NCBI GenBank assembly: GCA_011109175.1
Contig: RDEW01000068.1
Coordinates: 101,621-165,620 of the forward strand
Direction of reading: 5' to 3'
DNA from: Dicyema japonicum
Taxonomy: Eukaryota; Animalia; Dicyemida
Length of the DNA: 64,000 bases
Shown: piece after piece, positions 60,201-64,000 of the stretch
Numbering within the stretch: position 1 is the first letter of the stretch
How the letters are laid out: the number at the start of each line of letters is the position of its first letter
The notes under the pieces: model-generated
Database searches by the model: none
The model's input: only the letters and a program-made list of their open reading frames with translations
What the model was told of the DNA's origin: nothing
Made by a program: the position numbers and the translations under genes

Positions 60201-61920
60201 CATGTTTTATCCGTGGATGATAATTCGTAGTGGATTAGATTTCCTAATGGGTCTGTTTGAGGGAAAATTATTATTTGTGAAATTTGTATTTTTCCATATT
60301 CCGTGAATGTTAGAGGAGGGTTTGTTATATTTGTTCCCTTTAGCATCTCCTGCATTATATTATCACACTGACTTTCTATTTTTACTAAAACGAGTAACCC
60401 CCAGAACATCGTGTGAGAGCATTATTTGCAATGGAGATTGCTGCAATCAACATGATGCCTCTGTTGCCTTCCATGAATTTATCAATTCGAGGGAGTTGAT
60501 GTGAAAGTCCAATATTGATGAAATTGTGGGATATTATGTACAGATTGGGGACTTTTCGAAAAGTCGACGTATTGAAGACATTTGTGGGGACAGCAATTAT
60601 AATTCCCTTCGTATTGGCATTTACATAAGAATTTATATAAGGGGAGACATCCTCACGAATAAGGATAATAATTTCGTCATCATTCAAATCCAAAGAAGAT
60701 GGGTCTTTTGCTACGCACACTCCTTTTTTATTTAATTTTTTGACGAAATTTTCGACTTCTTTATCTCCATCAGTGAACAGTACGACTCTATTTTTTTTAG
60801 TTTTGTGGTAAATTTGACTGATGGTTTCTGCCAATTCGTCCGTAAATACGAAGAACGATAACTTGACTGTGAGTTGGGGATCTTCAGATTCATTATCGAA
60901 AGAGTTCTGGTATTTAATTTCCTTTATCTCGATGCTCTTGTTTTTATACTCAATTCTGACTTTGCTTGGTTCTTTTACTATACATTTTTTGATTTTAAAT
61001 ATATCCTGACTCCTCGATTTTACTGTTTGAAGGAGGTGCTTATTAATATAGTCTTCGATTTCTGATCTGATCTTCTCTCCCTCGCAATTCAACAGTACCT
61101 CTACGTTGATGCCAAATTTGTAAGCTTTTATAACATCATCAAGAAATATTTTCAATGAGGTTGTAGTATTTTTATCATATTTTCCGTAGTGATGAATTTG
61201 AATTTGTATATTGCCACCTCCTACCATTAATCGGCACTTTTCGTCTTTGAGTCTGATGAATCGTACGCATTTTTCCCTTTGTCCACTCAGTTGTATAAAA
61301 CATGCAACCACCCAGAACATTTTGTCTTTTACGCAAGTAGCATTAATTATGGACTCATTTCAATATACTACCGTACATTAATTAATTTTCATAACTCACA
61401 AGCAGATAGACCAGTACTCCCTCCAAGGAATGATCCAGTGAAATGGAGGATAACAAATGATCCTTACTGGTATCATCTTGGCCCTGAGACAAATTAACCA
61501 CCAATTTAGTGTTTTGACCCCCATTGAAGAGGAATATCCCGTTATCCAGAAGAATACAATACAAATTAAAGATAAATATAAAAACATTTAAAAAAAATGT
61601 ACAACATCTGGATAAGAAAGAGACATGTATCACTGAAACTTCGTGTCAGACTATACGACACGTTTATCAAGCCAATACTGATATACAATTCCGGAACATT
61701 GGGAACCTCAAAAATCGATTTAGAGAGGCTAGATACTTTCCACAGAAGCCAACTGCGCATACTGACTAAATCTTCTGGCCAAGAAAAATCTCAAACTAGA
61801 AACTATGTGCTCTATGTAAATCTACACCAATTAGTATGAACGTTATTCTATCGAGATGGCAACTATTTGGACATATTCTTAGAGTGGACCCGACTACGCC
61901 GTGTAACAGAATAATTGAAT
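57292..61920 (-). repeat. Right arm of ~4.6-kb inverted duplication
   Basis: Reverse complement of 7507-12142 with scattered substitutions plus 8-nt and 14-nt indels. Confidence 0.95.
59076..61320 (-). CDS. Class C GPCR copy 2, apparently intact (~723 aa, 4 exons)
   Basis: Exons of 922+370+451+429 nt with consistent phases (1,2,0); first intron 60376-60398; Cys-rich domain and 7TM with NYNEVK. Confidence 0.85.
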
Positions 61921-61946
61921 AAATTTACTATAACCTGCTTGATTCA

Positions 61947-62182
61947 AACTACGACGCCTATCCAATTATATTATGAATTTTATCTAACACATGAAGGTTA
62001 GACCTATAACATTATTATTCAATAAGTGCCGATTAGTATAACGATTTGAATTCAAATGAATATTATAATTTAATAGTGACTATATGCCAATATAATATAA
62101 CCAATGCATGAACTACGACGCCTATACAATTATATTATGAATTTTATCTACTAGATGAAGCTTAGACCTATAACATTATTAT
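61947..62182 (+). repeat. ~72-bp direct repeat, two copies 164 bp apart
   Basis: AACTACGACGCCTAT...TTAGACCTATAACATTATTAT at 61947 and 62111. Confidence 0.85.
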
Positions 62183-62437
62183 CGTTTATCCTCTCGCTAT
62201 CGGAATTTCAGCAAAGAATCAGTTGAAAAGTATCGGGGGCAGAGGTAAATATAATTGTTACCAAGGTAGATCGTCCACTCCGGCTCTAAAAAAGTTAGCC
62301 AGCTAGAGTGAATGAAGTTGCTAGGGTGATTAGATTGTAGTTAAAATAGTCACTCGTAGTTAAGATGGAAGAGAGTGGGAAACTTAGTAAATCTACAACA
62401 CATAATAGAGCCTGAACCAAACAAAAAAGTCACAAAA

Positions 62438-63152
62438 TCAACTGAGCATCTTTCTCCTCTGTTTCAGCATGTGGTTGTAAAGCGGGGGAAAGTCTGAAAT
62501 GAAAAAAAAGAATACAAGGAATGTACGACAACATCAACAAGGCAATCACATAGTCAAATGTTACTTCAAAGTTGGCTGCATTAGGCATAGTGAGTCCCCA
62601 CCCACGTGCGTACTGTATAGTATTATAAAGAAGGAGTAGCTCACACTAGCATTATAAGCACAAGTACAGTCACTCCGATTGGATACAAAACTATAAAGAA
62701 GGAGTATCTACACCACAAGAGAATCAAGGAAGACAACATCAGCAAGTTTATGGTGTACAACAGATAACGGATCACCTCGGAAAGTGACCATGCCATCAGT
62801 AGTGACTGTACAAGAAGATTATTTGGCCACGTGGGAACTGACTTGACAGTTACCCACCAAATAAAGAGACGGGAGGACACTTGTAAAGTTGTAATAGAAG
62901 GACTAGATTTGACCAATCTGCTGTATGAGTGGAGTATCTGCAATAATTAAGTAGACTTACCTCCATAATGGCTAGGGTTTGGAATATTGAGACCGAATCT
63001 GAGAATTGTCTAGTTGTCGTAGTATTAACAAACGAGTAAAGTGTGGAATACAGAATATAAGACCACCTATAATACAGTAATGTGGATAACCCTATGAACT
63101 GAGAAATGTTATAAAATAATAGATAAAAGTGACCCAACAAGGAATGTCCCAT
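62438..63152 (-). CDS. HACD: Very-long-chain 3-hydroxyacyl-CoA dehydratase (HACD/PTPLA family)
   Basis: FQTLAIME-ILH, LQVSSRL, AWSLSEVIRY, RYSFFIVLYPIG, FPPLYNHMLKQRRKMLS*; short introns. Confidence 0.9.
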
Positions 63153-63479
63153 TTTGAAAATAATATTATGTTTTTTATATAAATATTTATTATTTTTGCT
63201 GTCAGTTATTATTAATCTTTTAAAATAATGGACACCATCCTTAATTTATAAGAATTTAATACTAATAATAATAATAATCACCCGATTATACGCTCGATAT
63301 GTGTTTGTGTAAACATTGGGTAAAGATGAGATCTCTGCTGGAGAGTGTCGGGATTGCATGTTTAATGATACTTTGGTCTTTAGAATTTTCATTCATTCCG
63401 TCTCCGAGTCTGCGGGATAAGTAGGTCAGTCATATTAGGTCAGTCAATTAGAATTTTTGAACATTTCTCAGTTTGCAGG

Positions 63480-63560
63480 AATAGAGGAAACAAGGCATGG
63501 ACACCAGGATCACTTAATTGAACGATAACTCTTATCTTCTTATGGTTTTGTGGTTAATAA
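63480..63560 (+). mobile_element. LINE 3' end (GIT* family, short)
   Basis: AGGATCACTTAATT followed by a T/C-rich UTR and GGTTAATAAA. Confidence 0.45.
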
Positions 63561-64000
63561 ATTAGTAGCAGTTTAATTCTCAGCTGTTCTCCTAAATACA
63601 ATTGAAGGAAACGTTTTTCCTTACAATTTAATTAACTGTAAGACAATGAAGTCATCATACGGATGTCCCCCTTATATGGTCATCCTCAGCAGAGTCAATA
63701 CATGCTTCCTCGACGACACAGAAGAATGGCAACCTATTTTATGGTCGTCCTTAATTTTATCGCCACACTAGATCCATTGGATAATATTTATGGAGTATTC
63801 GCTTTTGGCCGTTGCGTTTCGTCGCAAAAAGGGTGAAGATTTCGTTCTCGTCGAGCATTTTTGTTTGAGTTATTTCTCCTTCGTTAGCAAGTTCTTCTAA
63901 TTTTCTTCAAAACAGAACCTTGCATATCTTCATTAGCAAATGAATCACATTTAATTGCCCCTGTCTTTTTGAAACAATTTTTATTGTGTCTTCTCTTACT

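Noticed and set aside
7507-61920. Giant transposon (Polinton- or Starship-like) with 4.6-kb TIRs
   Set aside because: No polB, capsid, tyrosine recombinase or intact transposase inside, no TSD, and the arms contain a host gene and end within LINE debris
63570-64000. Possible minus-strand gene running off the window end
   Set aside because: Fragments translate without recognisable motifs and I could not build a consistent exon chain

Overview
This is AT-rich eukaryotic (metazoan) DNA, not prokaryotic. Small islands of host genes with very short (22-27 nt) GT-AG introns sit in a dense field of degraded transposable elements, so the ORF track fragments or misses most genes. Host genes I can rebuild by hand: a class C GPCR in two inverted copies, a TGF-beta/BMP ligand, FOPNL/CEP20, RNASEH2C, CPOX, an ETS factor, an ELAV-like RRM protein, a bZIP, a PSMD5-like protein, MCEE, a cathepsin L-like gene interrupted by a SINE, a CAP/SCP protein and HACD. 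Mobile DNA includes a near full-length R4/Dong-like RLE retrotransposon, two hAT elements with 8-bp TSDs, pogo/Tigger, Ginger-like and Merlin remnants, CRE and RTE fragments, at least 12 LINE 3' ends that stop at a GIT* motif, and tRNA-headed SINEs that share that LINE tail. A ~4.6-kb inverted duplication (7.5-12.1 kb vs 57.3-61.9 kb) and a second, order-permuted duplicated block bracket the window. Intron size points to a dicyemid-like compact animal genome, which is an inference only. Single-base deletions in housekeeping genes suggest long-read consensus errors, so frameshift-based pseudogene calls are provisional. All alignments and translations were done by eye and boundaries are approximate unless a TSD or intron is spelled out. 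I found no CRISPR array, rRNA or convincing intact tRNA.
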